Virus record (IMG/VR): IMGVR_UViG_3300029993_000005
Coordinates: 1 to 64,000 of that record
Reading direction: 5' to 3' (one strand)
Length of the DNA: 64,000 nucleotides
Positions 16,890 to 26,318 of the stretch are shown here, in pieces (within the stretch, counting starts at the first letter, position 1; every line of letters starts with the position of its first letter). Below the pieces are notes generated by a model. The model did no database searches. It saw nothing but the letters and a program-made list of their open reading frames with translations, and had not been told where the DNA came from. The position numbers and the translations under genes were made by a program.

Positions 16890-18820
16890 TATTTTACTCC
16901 GTACTTGATACAGAATTTATCCCAGGTAATGGCCTTGGCACCAGCTTTTTCGATTTTGTCCATAAACCTTGCAGTTTCGCGGTAAAGCAGGATGTCCATG
17001 GACGCACCGTATTTCACGATGTCGCCACCATTTTCTTCTACGGTTTTTTCTTCATCCTTTGATCTATAACTGGTCCAAGCAACTTTTAGTCCCGCCAAGG
17101 GCAGGCCCTTAGCCCTAACTTTTTTCTTGGGTATTTCGCCATCAACGTCCAGCATAGTCTTCACCCGCTTGTACCACTTGCGAAACTCAATAACACCAGC
17201 TACAAGAATTTCAGCAGTTGTGGTATTAAAACCTTTGATCTTGGGGACCTCGCTACGTATTGTCTCCGGGGACATAGTTAAGAGCTCGCCCATAGACAAG
17301 CCAGCGGCTTCCAGCTGTTCGAGTTTACGTTTGCCCATACCACCTTTTTCAAAACAGCCAGAGGCCACCATCAAAAGCTTGATTGGAATCTTGGACTTCA
17401 GGACACGGCACAACTCAACTACGATTTTGGCTGATTGTTTTTCACCTAAGCCTCCGTCAGTAACCAAAAAATTGGTCGCTACCGATTCATTGTAGTTGTA
17501 AACCAAATCAATATACTGCTCAGGTGAATCAAGTCCCGAATAATATAGTTTTTCCAAAGTCTTAGCGGCCAGGAACTCAACATCCAGTGTGGTCATGAAA
17601 TGATGGATGCCCCGCACATCGGATGCCTTGTCACCTTCTAACATCAAGAAATGCACACCTTCGATTTTGTAGGGACCAGGAGGCGGTTCGAATTTCGCGG
17701 TCTTGACGACACCAACAATCTTTGGTATGACACCACCTGAACGTAGGACCTTGATTATAGCTCCAGGCCCTATACCACGGTCCATCATCCACTTGGCGTT
17801 GTGTGCTGTCGCGTGTTCGACCATGGCACCGTCCATTAGTGTTGGGGGAATCTTAACCTTACCTATCCAGCGCTTTAAGCGAGTTTTCTGCCAAATAATG
17901 GATTCAACTTTGACTTGGGGTGCGTTATCCTCGTCATTGAACTTGAAGGCCACCAACTCTTTCGGCTTGTCGCTTGTTTTATAGTCCAGTACGAAATTAG
18001 CGGGGGCAATTACTAAACCGTCCATCTCGTAGTTGGAACTATCCTTATGAGCTGCGAGGTGTAAGGAGTGCGCCGCTGAACTACGACTGTCGACGACCAC
18101 AGAATAGCGCACTGTTTTAAATCCCCAATCTTTGGCAAGTTCCAAACCGCATTCAAGCTCCAGGCCGTACACACCCAACACAACCATATCAATTAATTCA
18201 AGGGCAGGGTGTGCCTTCTTCTGGTTGAAGAGGCCGTTAGTCATATTGCGTATATTGTCAAACCCCGTTTTGCCCTTGGCCTCGCGACTCCACCGAGCCT
18301 CAAAAGTTTTGACCCGCATCAAAGCTTCCAGCCGAAAGACCGTGCTTTCGTTTACAGGAATTTGTGGCGGTATGCGCCCCCACTTAACTAGAGCAGGAAG
18401 CAAGAAGCTGACGTCGCCACCAAGTGTGCCGTCACCGCGTGTGAATAATTTGTAGGGCTTACCCTTCTCATAAACGACCTGTAGGCTTGCACCATCCAGT
18501 TTATCCATCCAAATCCATTTACGTGTCCCTACCATGGTCATGCGTTTATAGAACTTGTCCACCCCATCTTCGTACATTTTGTTGAGAGACGGCATCAGTT
18601 CAAAAAGCGGGGCTTCAACCTTCTTATCTTCGACCTGCACGCCAGTCTTCTTGAGTCCTACCCATTTTGGATCAAGCTTACGAATCCTGTCCTCCAGAGC
18701 ATCAAACTCTGCATCGGACATCAACAGTTTTTTCTTGCTGCCGTCAGCACTGTAGTACGCGGCCTTGGCCTTCGTGTAGACCAGTTTCAGTTCGGCCAGT
18801 AGTTCTGCTTTGGTCTTCAT
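16889..18820 (-). CDS. ligA: NAD-dependent DNA ligase
   Basis: AAYY...MSDAEFDAL (Ia), KLDGAS (motif I), TRGDG, EMDGLV, AFKF, RSGGVIPKI, HhH region, BRCT-like end. Confidence 0.95.
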   Translation of the reverse strand: MKTKAELLAELKLVYTKAKAAYYSADGSKKKLLMSDAEFDALEDRIRKLDPKWVGLKKTGVQVEDKKVEAPLFELMPSLNKMYEDGVDKFYKRMTMVGTRKWIWMDKLDGASLQVVYEKGKPYKLFTRGDGTLGGDVSFLLPALVKWGRIPPQIPVNESTVFRLEALMRVKTFEARWSREAKGKTGFDNIRNMTNGLFNQKKAHPALELIDMVVLGVYGLELECGLELAKDWGFKTVRYSVVVDSRSSAAHSLHLAAHKDSSNYEMDGLVIAPANFVLDYKTSDKPKELVAFKFNDEDNAPQVKVESIIWQKTRLKRWIGKVKIPPTLMDGAMVEHATAHNAKWMMDRGIGPGAIIKVLRSGGVIPKIVGVVKTAKFEPPPGPYKIEGVHFLMLEGDKASDVRGIHHFMTTLDVEFLAAKTLEKLYYSGLDSPEQYIDLVYNYNESVATNFLVTDGGLGEKQSAKIVVELCRVLKSKIPIKLLMVASGCFEKGGMGKRKLEQLEAAGLSMGELLTMSPETIRSEVPKIKGFNTTTAEILVAGVIEFRKWYKRVKTMLDVDGEIPKKKVRAKGLPLAGLKVAWTSYRSKDEEKTVEENGGDIVKYGASMDILLYRETARFMDKIEKAGAKAITWDKFCIKYGVK

Positions 18821-18858
18821 ATTCAGTCCCTTATTCTGATGATCTTAGGTTTGAGTAG

Positions 18859-19566
18859 TCATAAACAAAACCATTGTTCGATGGCGGCTATTAATAATAG
18901 GTAGTTCTTGCCATACTTGTTATCCCGATGCTCGAAAATAACGCGTTCTTTGAACTCGGAAAGACTACCCACGAAACATCCTCTGTTCACCCATACCCAC
19001 TGGTCAGAGCATCGATAGGCAGTTAGTACCCCACCCTCAGACCCTACGCCGCCGTACCACTGCACGTCCTCATTGTGCTGTATGAAAGCAGTCCCTAATA
19101 GTCTAGCCATGCCACTCACTCTAGCAACACCTGCAATATGCGCGTCGTCTTCCATAACAACATTGTCGCTAATTCCGCCGTTTCCTGTGAGCTTTGATCG
19201 ACCGTGCATGACAGCGTTACCAGAAGCTACTGTGTAGTCGGTAACCAGAGCATGATCGAATAGTATAGCGTTACCAAGAACTCGTGCGTGACCACTTAGG
19301 CTTGCGTGGTCTGATATGCACGCAGTACCGTAGAGTTTCGCGTCTTCAGTAACACGACTATAACCGCAGGCTTTGGCCTCACCACCGACCCAGCACTGCC
19401 CTTCATGTGAGAGATTGTCTTCAGAATGTATGTATCCGCCTAACGCTCCGGCCTTGACAGAAGAGCTACCGCCGCCAAGACTTACTAAGGCACGGATACG
19501 ATACAGCTCGTATCCCTGGTAAGTGATAACGTCCCCGCTTACAAACTCATATTTTTTGGCTATCAT
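18859..19566 (-). CDS. hexapeptide-repeat (left-handed beta-helix) phage protein
   Basis: LYRIRAL...GGYI.SEDNLS, repeated xGxAxx hexads, C-terminal GCFVGSLSEF. Confidence 0.75.
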   Translation of the reverse strand: MIAKKYEFVSGDVITYQGYELYRIRALVSLGGGSSSVKAGALGGYIHSEDNLSHEGQCWVGGEAKACGYSRVTEDAKLYGTACISDHASLSGHARVLGNAILFDHALVTDYTVASGNAVMHGRSKLTGNGGISDNVVMEDDAHIAGVARVSGMARLLGTAFIQHNEDVQWYGGVGSEGGVLTAYRCSDQWVWVNRGCFVGSLSEFKERVIFEHRDNKYGKNYLLLIAAIEQWFCL

Positions 19567-20012
19567 TTTATTTCCGTATGCGTATAATTTCTAAGGGTCC
19601 CAGCGAAGTGCTCCCAAGGCTCATCATCCTCCAGACAATTAGCCAAGTGCAGGTACAGGCCTGTTGTCATGCTGTCTAATACGTGCAGATCTCGAATCGG
19701 AAACCTCTCCAGTTTAAGTTCGGGGTTTCCCACGATTACACCTTTATAAATCTTTTTAAGGCCCTCGCCCATAAGTGGTCTAATCAAGATATCGAAGTAG
19801 TCGTCAGCATTAAGCTTCTTGCCCTTCTTTATGTTGCTACCCGTATCCGCTACCGACGAGTACCAGGCATTAAGTTCCTTGAGCCAGCCTTTAGTATAGG
19901 TACAGTGCGGAAACAAAAATACCTTGATGATGTGCTCTGCGATTTTTGGGGCTAAGTTTCCAACATGTTTTAATGCGGTCCCCCGATTCAGTGACATAGC
20001 AAGAATTTTCAC
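19563..20012 (-). CDS. hypothetical, DUF29-like pattern
   Basis: IAEHIIK.FLFP....GWLKEL resembles the DUF29 HLLK...W..EI signature (from memory). Confidence 0.45.
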   Translation of the reverse strand: MKILAMSLNRGTALKHVGNLAPKIAEHIIKVFLFPHCTYTKGWLKELNAWYSSVADTGSNIKKGKKLNADDYFDILIRPLMGEGLKKIYKGVIVGNPELKLERFPIRDLHVLDSMTTGLYLHLANCLEDDEPWEHFAGTLRNYTHTEIK

Positions 20013-20087
20013 TTTGAAATTCCCTTTTAATAATTTCTAGTTATTCCCGTTAAAAGACACCCAACTTAAAGTTGTTCGTTATATCTA

Positions 20088-20117
20088 AGTATATACTAAA
20101 TTAGGGTTGGTGCCAAC
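20088..20117 (-). promoter_or_regulatory. Class-A promoter (TTGGCA-17-TATACT), perfect GTTGG-TG-CCAAC
   Basis: -35 at 20111-20116, -10 at 20088-20093. Confidence 0.8.
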
Positions 20118-20322
20118 AATTATTTGCTGATATAGCATCAACTAAAGTACAGCGGATTTTTGGTGACAGCTACTCGGATGTTACGCATAGCCGCAGCCGA
20201 TCCCCAAATCTGATTAAACTTTGCATTGAAATCTTCAATCGTTTTGACACGTACCACCTGAATAACTTTACTGCCTTTGATCAAGAACTATTTTCACAGG
20301 ATAATCCTGATAGCCGATAATT

Positions 20323-21042
20323 TTAGCCTGCATATGCAATACGCAATCCTGTTGGGGTCTCTAGATTGTGCTCAGCATACCATTTTATAATTTGGTCGTA
20401 TAGACGGAGTGCGGAAGCCTCATTAGAAATCACGATGACCGTATTGTGTTCACAGACGTCCTCAGATTCAAACATGGGACCATCTGATTCCGAAAAATGA
20501 ATCAGATGTCGATAGGTAGGACCTTGGTCACTCCAGTCAGCAAGGGACACCGGGACCACGCTTCGAATCACAATGAAGAACTTGGTATCCAAATGTGCAT
20601 AATTTGGTACTCGTCTTGATACACCTTTCTTTGATGTATAAGCCCTGTCCTTGGAGTACTCGGCAACCACTTTAAACGTTGACGATTGGTCTTTATTCTT
20701 TGAGACCTCAACAATACCTGCTTTCTTCAACAAAGATAGTGAGGAACTGATTGAGGCAAACGTAGGACGCTTACCGTATTGTAAGGACTCTTGGTTCTTG
20801 ACTATGTAGAAGATCGTACATCCAGCCGGTTGGACCTTCACGAAATCGTAGACACACTCAATCAGAGGTTTTCCTTTGGCCTCGGATTTGAATCCAGAAT
20901 CAGTTTCATTTTCCGTTTCTTGAAATACAGAACTGAGCAACAAACGCATTGCTTTTTTAGCTGATTTATCAGTGCCCGTGCCCACGCTCGTGACGACTTG
21001 ATTTAACATTTGAGACTCCAGTTCACGTATTATGGACAACAC
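20323..21042 (-). CDS. winged-helix-containing hypothetical
   Basis: SISSSLSLLKKAGIVEVSK pattern; start uncertain. Confidence 0.6.
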   Translation of the reverse strand: MLSIIRELESQMLNQVVTSVGTGTDKSAKKAMRLLLSSVFQETENETDSGFKSEAKGKPLIECVYDFVKVQPAGCTIFYIVKNQESLQYGKRPTFASISSSLSLLKKAGIVEVSKNKDQSSTFKVVAEYSKDRAYTSKKGVSRRVPNYAHLDTKFFIVIRSVVPVSLADWSDQGPTYRHLIHFSESDGPMFESEDVCEHNTVIVISNEASALRLYDQIIKWYAEHNLETPTGLRIAYAG

Positions 21043-21916
21043 TGAGCTGCCTGTTAATGAGATTACGAAGGGTCTCTAGGCCACCCATAGTGCAGGTAAT
21101 CTTATCCAAAGACGATAACTTACCCTCAATGTTGGCCCACTTGGTTTTGTAGGTCCAGTCCATGAGTTCTACCGTTTTCTTTAATCGGTTAAATCCAATA
21201 TTACCGTCAAGAAAATGTAGGTCCAGCACATTAGCATATTGGTGCCTAAACAATTCTTGTTGAGAGGGCAGCAAACCTATGACACATACTTTAGGTAATC
21301 GAGTACGAGATACAGGGTCCTCAAAGTCGGTCCTTGGTTCTTCTGGTACGTCTGGTGCCAACACTCCGGGTAGTCGACGATTCAGCACGTCATTAACTTC
21401 CGATCTGATGAGGGTCCTCAGTTGTTCCGGACTAGAAAGGTCTTTGATGCGGACCGTTACTTCTGCCAATAGTTCGTCTAGGCTAAAAGTTTCCATACAG
21501 TGTGCAGCACTACATTGAGATTGAGAGTGGGTGTGGGCTTGAGCCAAGGCCTGTCTTTCGACTTCAGGAACAACCATTGGTTTGATTGCCTGATATTTCT
21601 CACTAGGGGCTGCGTCTACTCTTGCTGCAGATACAGGCAGCAAAGCCGACTCGGGATTGTCAGGATCCAGATGAAATGTAGATAAGCCTTGATTCTCGGC
21701 TGCTAGACCAGCATCAAAGATTTTCCACAGAGGCATCAACCAAGACATGTAGCTTTGCGACTGGCGGATGTCTCGGTGCCTAGAGCTTACGATTTGCTCT
21801 TCCATAGAGTCTCTAACGATTCGCGTCAAATTCCGGGCTGGGTGAATTTGACGCGTTAGCCAAGCGGCCAGAGCAATCTTGTGCTTCTCTTCCTTCGTCC
21901 ATATGATGTGTGCCAT
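21023..21916 (-). CDS. hypothetical protein
   Basis: 297-aa ORF; C-terminal KVCVIGLLPSQ alpha/beta domain. Confidence 0.75.
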   Translation of the reverse strand: MAHIIWTKEEKHKIALAAWLTRQIHPARNLTRIVRDSMEEQIVSSRHRDIRQSQSYMSWLMPLWKIFDAGLAAENQGLSTFHLDPDNPESALLPVSAARVDAAPSEKYQAIKPMVVPEVERQALAQAHTHSQSQCSAAHCMETFSLDELLAEVTVRIKDLSSPEQLRTLIRSEVNDVLNRRLPGVLAPDVPEEPRTDFEDPVSRTRLPKVCVIGLLPSQQELFRHQYANVLDLHFLDGNIGFNRLKKTVELMDWTYKTKWANIEGKLSSLDKITCTMGGLETLRNLINRQLSVVHNT

Positions 21917-21997
21917 TTCAGCCTTTTAGTTCCATGTACTATGTAAATAAGTTTAAGTCTGAGTCTAAGTTCAGCACAACATAACTTATATGAAAAT

Positions 21998-22026
21998 ATA
22001 ATAGCACAAGTTTTTAAAAGTGTGAA
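21998..22026 (-). promoter_or_regulatory. sigma70-like promoter TTCACA-17-TGnTATTAT
   Basis: -35 at 22021-22026, -10 at 21998-22003, upstream of the 21916 start. Confidence 0.55.
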
Positions 22027-22071
22027 ATTTACGAGCCGACGAATGCGGATGAGAGGTTAAATGTAGAATTA

Positions 22072-22099
22072 GGCCTATAGATTTCATTTTCTATAGGCC
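22072..22099. terminator. 10-bp hairpin after the 22109 gene
   Basis: ggcctataga / tctataggcc; no clear U tract. Confidence 0.4.
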
Positions 22100-22108
22100 C
22101 TTCATAGT

Positions 22109-22525
22109 TTAGACTTCGCCGTCTATAAGTTTAGCATGACGAGTCTTGCGCGCTTTCTTTGTGCCTTTTTCGACTTGCGGGTTCTGACCAGAACTGTGAA
22201 ACGCGCTGGTTAGGGCTGCAAAGTTCAAGGCTAGTGCTCTTGCTAAATTATCCCAATCCACCTTTCCGTCCACGGGAATACCTCGGATGTCATCGTCGCC
22301 GTCACAACCGCATTCATCGTAGTCCTGGGCATGCTCATCATCGTCACACTCACACTCACAACCGCCACCGCCGTCAATAATGGTTGTTACCAGAGGTCCA
22401 AAAGTCTCAGTTACAGCCTGAATAAAGACCTTGTCTTGTGCTACATTTATCAAAAACTCGTAGTTGCTACACTCGGTATCCGATTCAAATATTTTGCCGT
22501 CTGCCGCTTGGTAAACTGTTTTCAT
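22109..22525 (-). CDS. hypothetical with Cys/Asp-rich insert
   Basis: YQAADGKIFESDTEC..YE start; GGGCECECDDDEHAQDYDECGCDGDDD. Confidence 0.75.
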   Translation of the reverse strand: MKTVYQAADGKIFESDTECSNYEFLINVAQDKVFIQAVTETFGPLVTTIIDGGGGCECECDDDEHAQDYDECGCDGDDDIRGIPVDGKVDWDNLARALALNFAALTSAFHSSGQNPQVEKGTKKARKTRHAKLIDGEV

Positions 22526-22584
22526 TTTAATCCTTGTTCGTTGATTCTGACTGAACTGGCGTTAAATGCCGATTGAGTTTACGG

Positions 22585-22836
22585 TTATTCGTCATCTGGA
22601 TCAAATAGCATGGATGCGTAAACTTGTATGTGCGATGCTACCCAACATTTGCTTGTCCGCTTGAACGCACGAATAGCTGAAATCTTAGTTTCGAATTCGT
22701 AAACGTAGGACGTGGCCGAGAGGCTTTTGGCTGCGTTCGTGAAGCCTCTAGTCGTTGTTGTGAACAGTACCGGGTATTTACGAGCACCCTCGGTATTAGG
22801 TAAGTCACAAAGTCCATCCCCTCCTGATGGCGGCAT
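22585..22836 (-). CDS. hypothetical protein
   Basis: 83-aa ORF. Confidence 0.6.
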   Translation of the reverse strand: MPPSGGDGLCDLPNTEGARKYPVLFTTTTRGFTNAAKSLSATSYVYEFETKISAIRAFKRTSKCWVASHIQVYASMLFDPDDE

Positions 22837-22838
22837 GG

Positions 22839-23030
22839 TCAGGTCCTCATTAATTTAAGATGGTGCTCATAAGATCTGGTAGTGGCCTTGTGCGCAATCT
22901 TCTCCTCAACTAGCTCGGCTTTGACGCGTTCCAACTCTTCGCTGGCTTGCATCCAAAGATTCTTGAAATGCTCAGCAGCTTCAACCTGAGACTTAACTTC
23001 TGCTGCTAGATCCTCCGCTAGAGTACCCAT
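22839..23030 (-). CDS. hypothetical, paralogue of 4353-4670
   Basis: AEHFKNLWMQA shared. Confidence 0.8.
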   Translation of the reverse strand: MGTLAEDLAAEVKSQVEAAEHFKNLWMQASEELERVKAELVEEKIAHKATTRSYEHHLKLMRT

Positions 23031-23060
23031 AAAAATTCCTTAAATTAGAAGTTTAGCACT

Positions 23061-23165
23061 TTAGATGCTACCAGTATGGTGAAACAGACTAGCAAAAAAC
23101 ACTGCGCAAATGAACAGAATGACGCCCAGCATCAAGGCGAAGGGTCCCCAATAGGGAAAGGTCAC
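23061..23165 (-). CDS. 34-aa membrane peptide MTFPYWGPFALMLGVILFICAVFFASLFHHTGSI
   Basis: Manual translation; GTG start abutting the upstream stop. Confidence 0.5.
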   Translation of the reverse strand: MTFPYWGPFALMLGVILFICAVFFASLFHHTGSI

Positions 23166-23396
23166 CTAGTACCAAGACCAATCGACAACTAGGGGCACGC
23201 GAAATATCTTAAGCATGGGTAGCGCGAAGTAAGAAATGGACCAAACGATGCCTAACAGACGTAGGAAATCAATCCTTAGTTTGTAGCCTACCTGTGAACC
23301 TGAACTAGCCTTGGTCCCCGTACCATACTTTTGATTACTGTCCATGAGTCTAGCCTTGTATTTAGCCTCAACATCAGAAATAGGTTTATGCCTCAT
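23166..23396 (-). CDS. small protein with C-terminal hydrophobic segment
   Basis: 76-aa ORF. Confidence 0.6.
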   Translation of the reverse strand: MRHKPISDVEAKYKARLMDSNQKYGTGTKASSGSQVGYKLRIDFLRLLGIVWSISYFALPMLKIFRVPLVVDWSWY

Positions 23397-23437
23397 ATTC
23401 AGTAGTCTCGGTTACTAGCTTGACTAGCTTGAATAAT

Positions 23438-23734
23438 TTAACGCTTACGCTTTTTATTTCCGTAGGCACTCAAGTTTAAGGCCAGATAGTTTTGTTTTGC
23501 CTCAACCGGCTTTGGCTTAGTTTTGGACTCGGACTTATCCCCAAACCTAGACTTCAAGCAATAGAAACAAGCATTTAATAAAGCTTCACTTTTTCCGGAC
23601 CGTCCTGCGCGGTAAGCCAACATCCTGAACACGTTAAGTTCCATGCTACCAAAGTCAATGTCTGATTTGAAGTCTACTAAGGAGCCGTCAGACAAAAGGG
23701 CGTCAGCTTTAGTCTGAAAATCAGGATCAGTCAT
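23438..23734 (-). CDS. hypothetical protein
   Basis: 98-aa coupled ORF. Confidence 0.65.
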   Translation of the reverse strand: MTDPDFQTKADALLSDGSLVDFKSDIDFGSMELNVFRMLAYRAGRSGKSEALLNACFYCLKSRFGDKSESKTKPKPVEAKQNYLALNLSAYGNKKRKR

Positions 23735-24071
23735 GATTAAGGCTCCGGTCCACCACTAACTGTTTATGCCACTTAACACACTCTTGGATTCCGTATTCAA
23801 AGGCCTGCGGTCCTGCTAATCTAGGACTCGGTCGTAAGTTACGTATGTCAACAACCCTTATAGGTGCTCCATCCATGAGTTCAAGATTGTGTACTTGGGG
23901 CACTGCATACAAGACAGGCATTGTCGAAACAAGTACCATTGTGAAAGTCATATTGAGGCTCCGAACGTCCACAGAATAATCACAGATGCCGCCGTTACGT
24001 GTTGATTGGATATCACCAGATACGGTTAGTCCATCACATAAACAACTGAAGGGCCGTGAATAAGTGGTCAT
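23727..24071 (-). CDS. hypothetical protein
   Basis: 114-aa coupled ORF. Confidence 0.7.
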   Translation of the reverse strand: MTTYSRPFSCLCDGLTVSGDIQSTRNGGICDYSVDVRSLNMTFTMVLVSTMPVLYAVPQVHNLELMDGAPIRVVDIRNLRPSPRLAGPQAFEYGIQECVKWHKQLVVDRSLNHD

Positions 24072-24250
24072 TCTTTAGTCCTCAATTTAAAGGCTTTACT
24101 GTCGCGCTTGGCCTGAGCCTTTAACAACCGCTGTTTATCTTTCTCAGTTAAACGACCAGTAGTGAGACCAGGTCCGTTATGTTTCACGTGAGTCACTAAA
24201 GCTTCAGTAAGCTGAGCTAATTTCGTTTTAGATTTAATCATGTCGGGCAA
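24068..24250 (-). CDS. hypothetical basic peptide
   Basis: 60-aa ORF; true start probably ATG 24241. Confidence 0.6.
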   Translation of the reverse strand: MPDMIKSKTKLAQLTEALVTHVKHNGPGLTTGRLTEKDKQRLLKAQAKRDSKAFKLRTKE

Positions 24251-24351
24251 GCCTCAGGACCACAGGTGTACACCGCGTGAATAGTCATACCCTCGTCGGT
24301 CTCGTTGATGCTGGTCGGCGTCCGGCCCGGAAGTCTCAGAATGTCCGTCAT
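24238..24351 (-). pseudogene. 37-aa ORF resembling the N-terminus of an ISL3-family transposase (remnant)
   Basis: MTDILRLPGRTPTSINETDEGMTIHAVYTCGPEACPT* stops where CPxCG would continue; resemblance is from memory. Confidence 0.35.
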
Positions 24352-24358
24352 TGGGCTA

Positions 24359-24823
24359 TCAATTGTTCTGGATGGCTGGTGTTTCGCAGTTCTTCACTGC
24401 CCACTGCATCCAGAACTCAAGCCACATCAGCCGAGCAAGGTGGTAGTCATAGTTCGCGGACCCCTCGTAAGTCCAGTCCTTCTCAAATCCTGCGGGAAGG
24501 GTCGAGATCGACCGGTACCGATTCAACGCAGCAGTTACAAAGTCAGCATCTTCTTGCGTTATTCCGATACAGCCAGGATGATCTGCATGAAGGTGCCCCC
24601 GTGCATCGTAGAAAAATTCGTACAGACTAGTCGCACGGCAAAAATCTGACCACGCGGAATACGTCGGGCTCCGTGAATTGCTTTTTCCTGTCATCTCGTC
24701 ACCAGGAAACGATGGGGCCTCGTCAAGTTCCTTGCTCTCCACCTCCCATCTTGCGCTCAGGTGTGGGAAATAGTCTTTGTGATGCACGGGCACTGCGTTG
24801 CCAACCGTAAATGTGTAACCCAT
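24359..24823 (-). CDS. hypothetical protein
   Basis: 154-aa ORF, AAAGGAG RBS. Confidence 0.8.
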   Translation of the reverse strand: MGYTFTVGNAVPVHHKDYFPHLSARWEVESKELDEAPSFPGDEMTGKSNSRSPTYSAWSDFCRATSLYEFFYDARGHLHADHPGCIGITQEDADFVTAALNRYRSISTLPAGFEKDWTYEGSANYDYHLARLMWLEFWMQWAVKNCETPAIQNN

Positions 24824-24978
24824 ATCAGCTCCTTTCTACCAGTTAATCCGATTTCCTATTGTGCGGAGGAATCATGTTGTCTACCACTTATTCCGGAGAG
24901 CCACTATAGGCTCTAAACTATTCCTTATCCCAAATATATTATAGGGATATCCGCTGAATTGTTTATCAAGGCTCATGA

Positions 24979-25383
24979 TTATTCATCATCAACATGTCGG
25001 TCACCCGCTTGTAAGTCACGAACTGACTCAGTCAGAAGCACACCATTGTCAACGAACATGGTTAGGGCTTCAATAGCCATTTCGAACAACTTGGTTTCTG
25101 TCTTGGCCTCCATGACGAATGTATGAATGCTCAGTACGTAACCGTGGACATTACGCACATACAAATATCGAGATTGCCAAATTGTTCCGGATTTGTAGAT
25201 GATGAAATCGTAGTATGCAGAGGCCACCCTACACTTCACGTCAAATATGTAGTCTTTGATAGGCTTAGTTGAATCCGCAGCAACAGGCATCAAGCTTCGC
25301 GTAACCGTGCCCTCAACATTGAGGTTCGGTATGGCAAAGGCCTGGACTTCACCTTGTAAATCTAGCACTGTGGTTGCGGACAT
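24979..25383 (-). CDS. hypothetical protein
   Basis: 134-aa ORF. Confidence 0.75.
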   Translation of the reverse strand: MSATTVLDLQGEVQAFAIPNLNVEGTVTRSLMPVAADSTKPIKDYIFDVKCRVASAYYDFIIYKSGTIWQSRYLYVRNVHGYVLSIHTFVMEAKTETKLFEMAIEALTMFVDNGVLLTESVRDLQAGDRHVDDE

Positions 25384-25391
25384 TAGATTCT

Positions 25392-25601
25392 CTATTTTAA
25401 GCCTAGTTGTTGAATTATACGATTAGCCGTGTCTACGGTCAGTCGTCCGCTCTTAGTCATTCGATGCAGGCTTCGAAACACGTCTATAGCCTTCACGTAG
25501 TCACCCGTTTCGTCTTCCACTAGAAGGTCTATGTCAGGCGGTCCATAGTTGGTGCACGGACGATAGCGCTTGCACTTCAAATCAGAAATAGCTTTTGTCA
25601 T
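25392..25601 (-). CDS. hypothetical protein
   Basis: 69-aa ORF. Confidence 0.7.
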   Translation of the reverse strand: MTKAISDLKCKRYRPCTNYGPPDIDLLVEDETGDYVKAIDVFRSLHRMTKSGRLTVDTANRIIQQLGLK

Positions 25602-25602
25602 G

Positions 25603-25965
25603 TCAGGCTACATTTGTCATGTCGGATGTCAATTCTGTTTCTTCTGACTCTGGCTCCTGACTCAGGGCCATCAGCAGAGCTACAGCAGCCCTTGACTCGC
25701 TTAATACCGGACTTACATTCAGACCCTTAGCTCTAAGAAAAGCACCCAGTTTGTGAACACCAACCTGAAGCCTAGTGAACTGAATTTCTGAGGACTCAGA
25801 GTTCCCGTCTGGCAAACATTCACTGAGAGAGTTTACAGCGTTTTTAATATTAGTCAAGGCATCTGCATAATCAATATTGGCGCTGAATCCTGCAGCCTCT
25901 GCCTTAGTCAAAGGGCTAGTGCTGAATCGACGTTTTACGTTTTGTACCATGGTAGAAAGCTCCAA
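25603..25965 (-). CDS. hypothetical protein
   Basis: 120-aa ORF. Confidence 0.7.
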   Translation of the reverse strand: MELSTMVQNVKRRFSTSPLTKAEAAGFSANIDYADALTNIKNAVNSLSECLPDGNSESSEIQFTRLQVGVHKLGAFLRAKGLNVSPVLSESRAAVALLMALSQEPESEETELTSDMTNVA

Positions 25966-25973
25966 TTAATATA

Positions 25974-26318
25974 TCAATATGAAAGACGTGGGAGTTGCCA
26001 TGTAATAGGCCACGTCGGTTTAAGCCAACCGAATTGTGAACTGGTGAAGGGCTTGCCGAAGCCATCGTTGTCCAACCAATTCTTGAGATGCAAATGCATA
26101 CGAGCCCTGAACTGCGTCTTGTGTTTCTTTACCTTCAGCAGTTCAAGGACCGTCACCAGTTCTTCAGTCCTACATACGTGTGTGAGCTTTAGAAATTGAG
26201 CCAACGTTAATCCAAATTTCGCGGCGAATACTTCTTGCCTTTCGCGTAGCGAATTCTGCAACTCGATTTCGCCTAGATCACGGTCACCAGCTTCATGCTC
26301 GTACATAGGACTCTCCAT
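25974..26318 (-). CDS. hypothetical protein
   Basis: TAAATG coupling to the sigma-like gene. Confidence 0.75.
   Translation of the reverse strand: MESPMYEHEAGDRDLGEIELQNSLRERQEVFAAKFGLTLAQFLKLTHVCRTEELVTVLELLKVKKHKTQFRARMHLHLKNWLDNDGFGKPFTSSQFGWLKPTWPITWQLPRLSY

Noticed and set aside
21353-21362. TGGTGCCAAC inside the 21023..21916 CDS as a promoter
   Set aside because: No -10 at the expected spacing; explained by the codons for VLAP
23560-23620. RAGRSGKS as a P-loop/terminase Walker A
   Set aside because: The ORF is only 98 aa with no Walker B or flanking strand pattern
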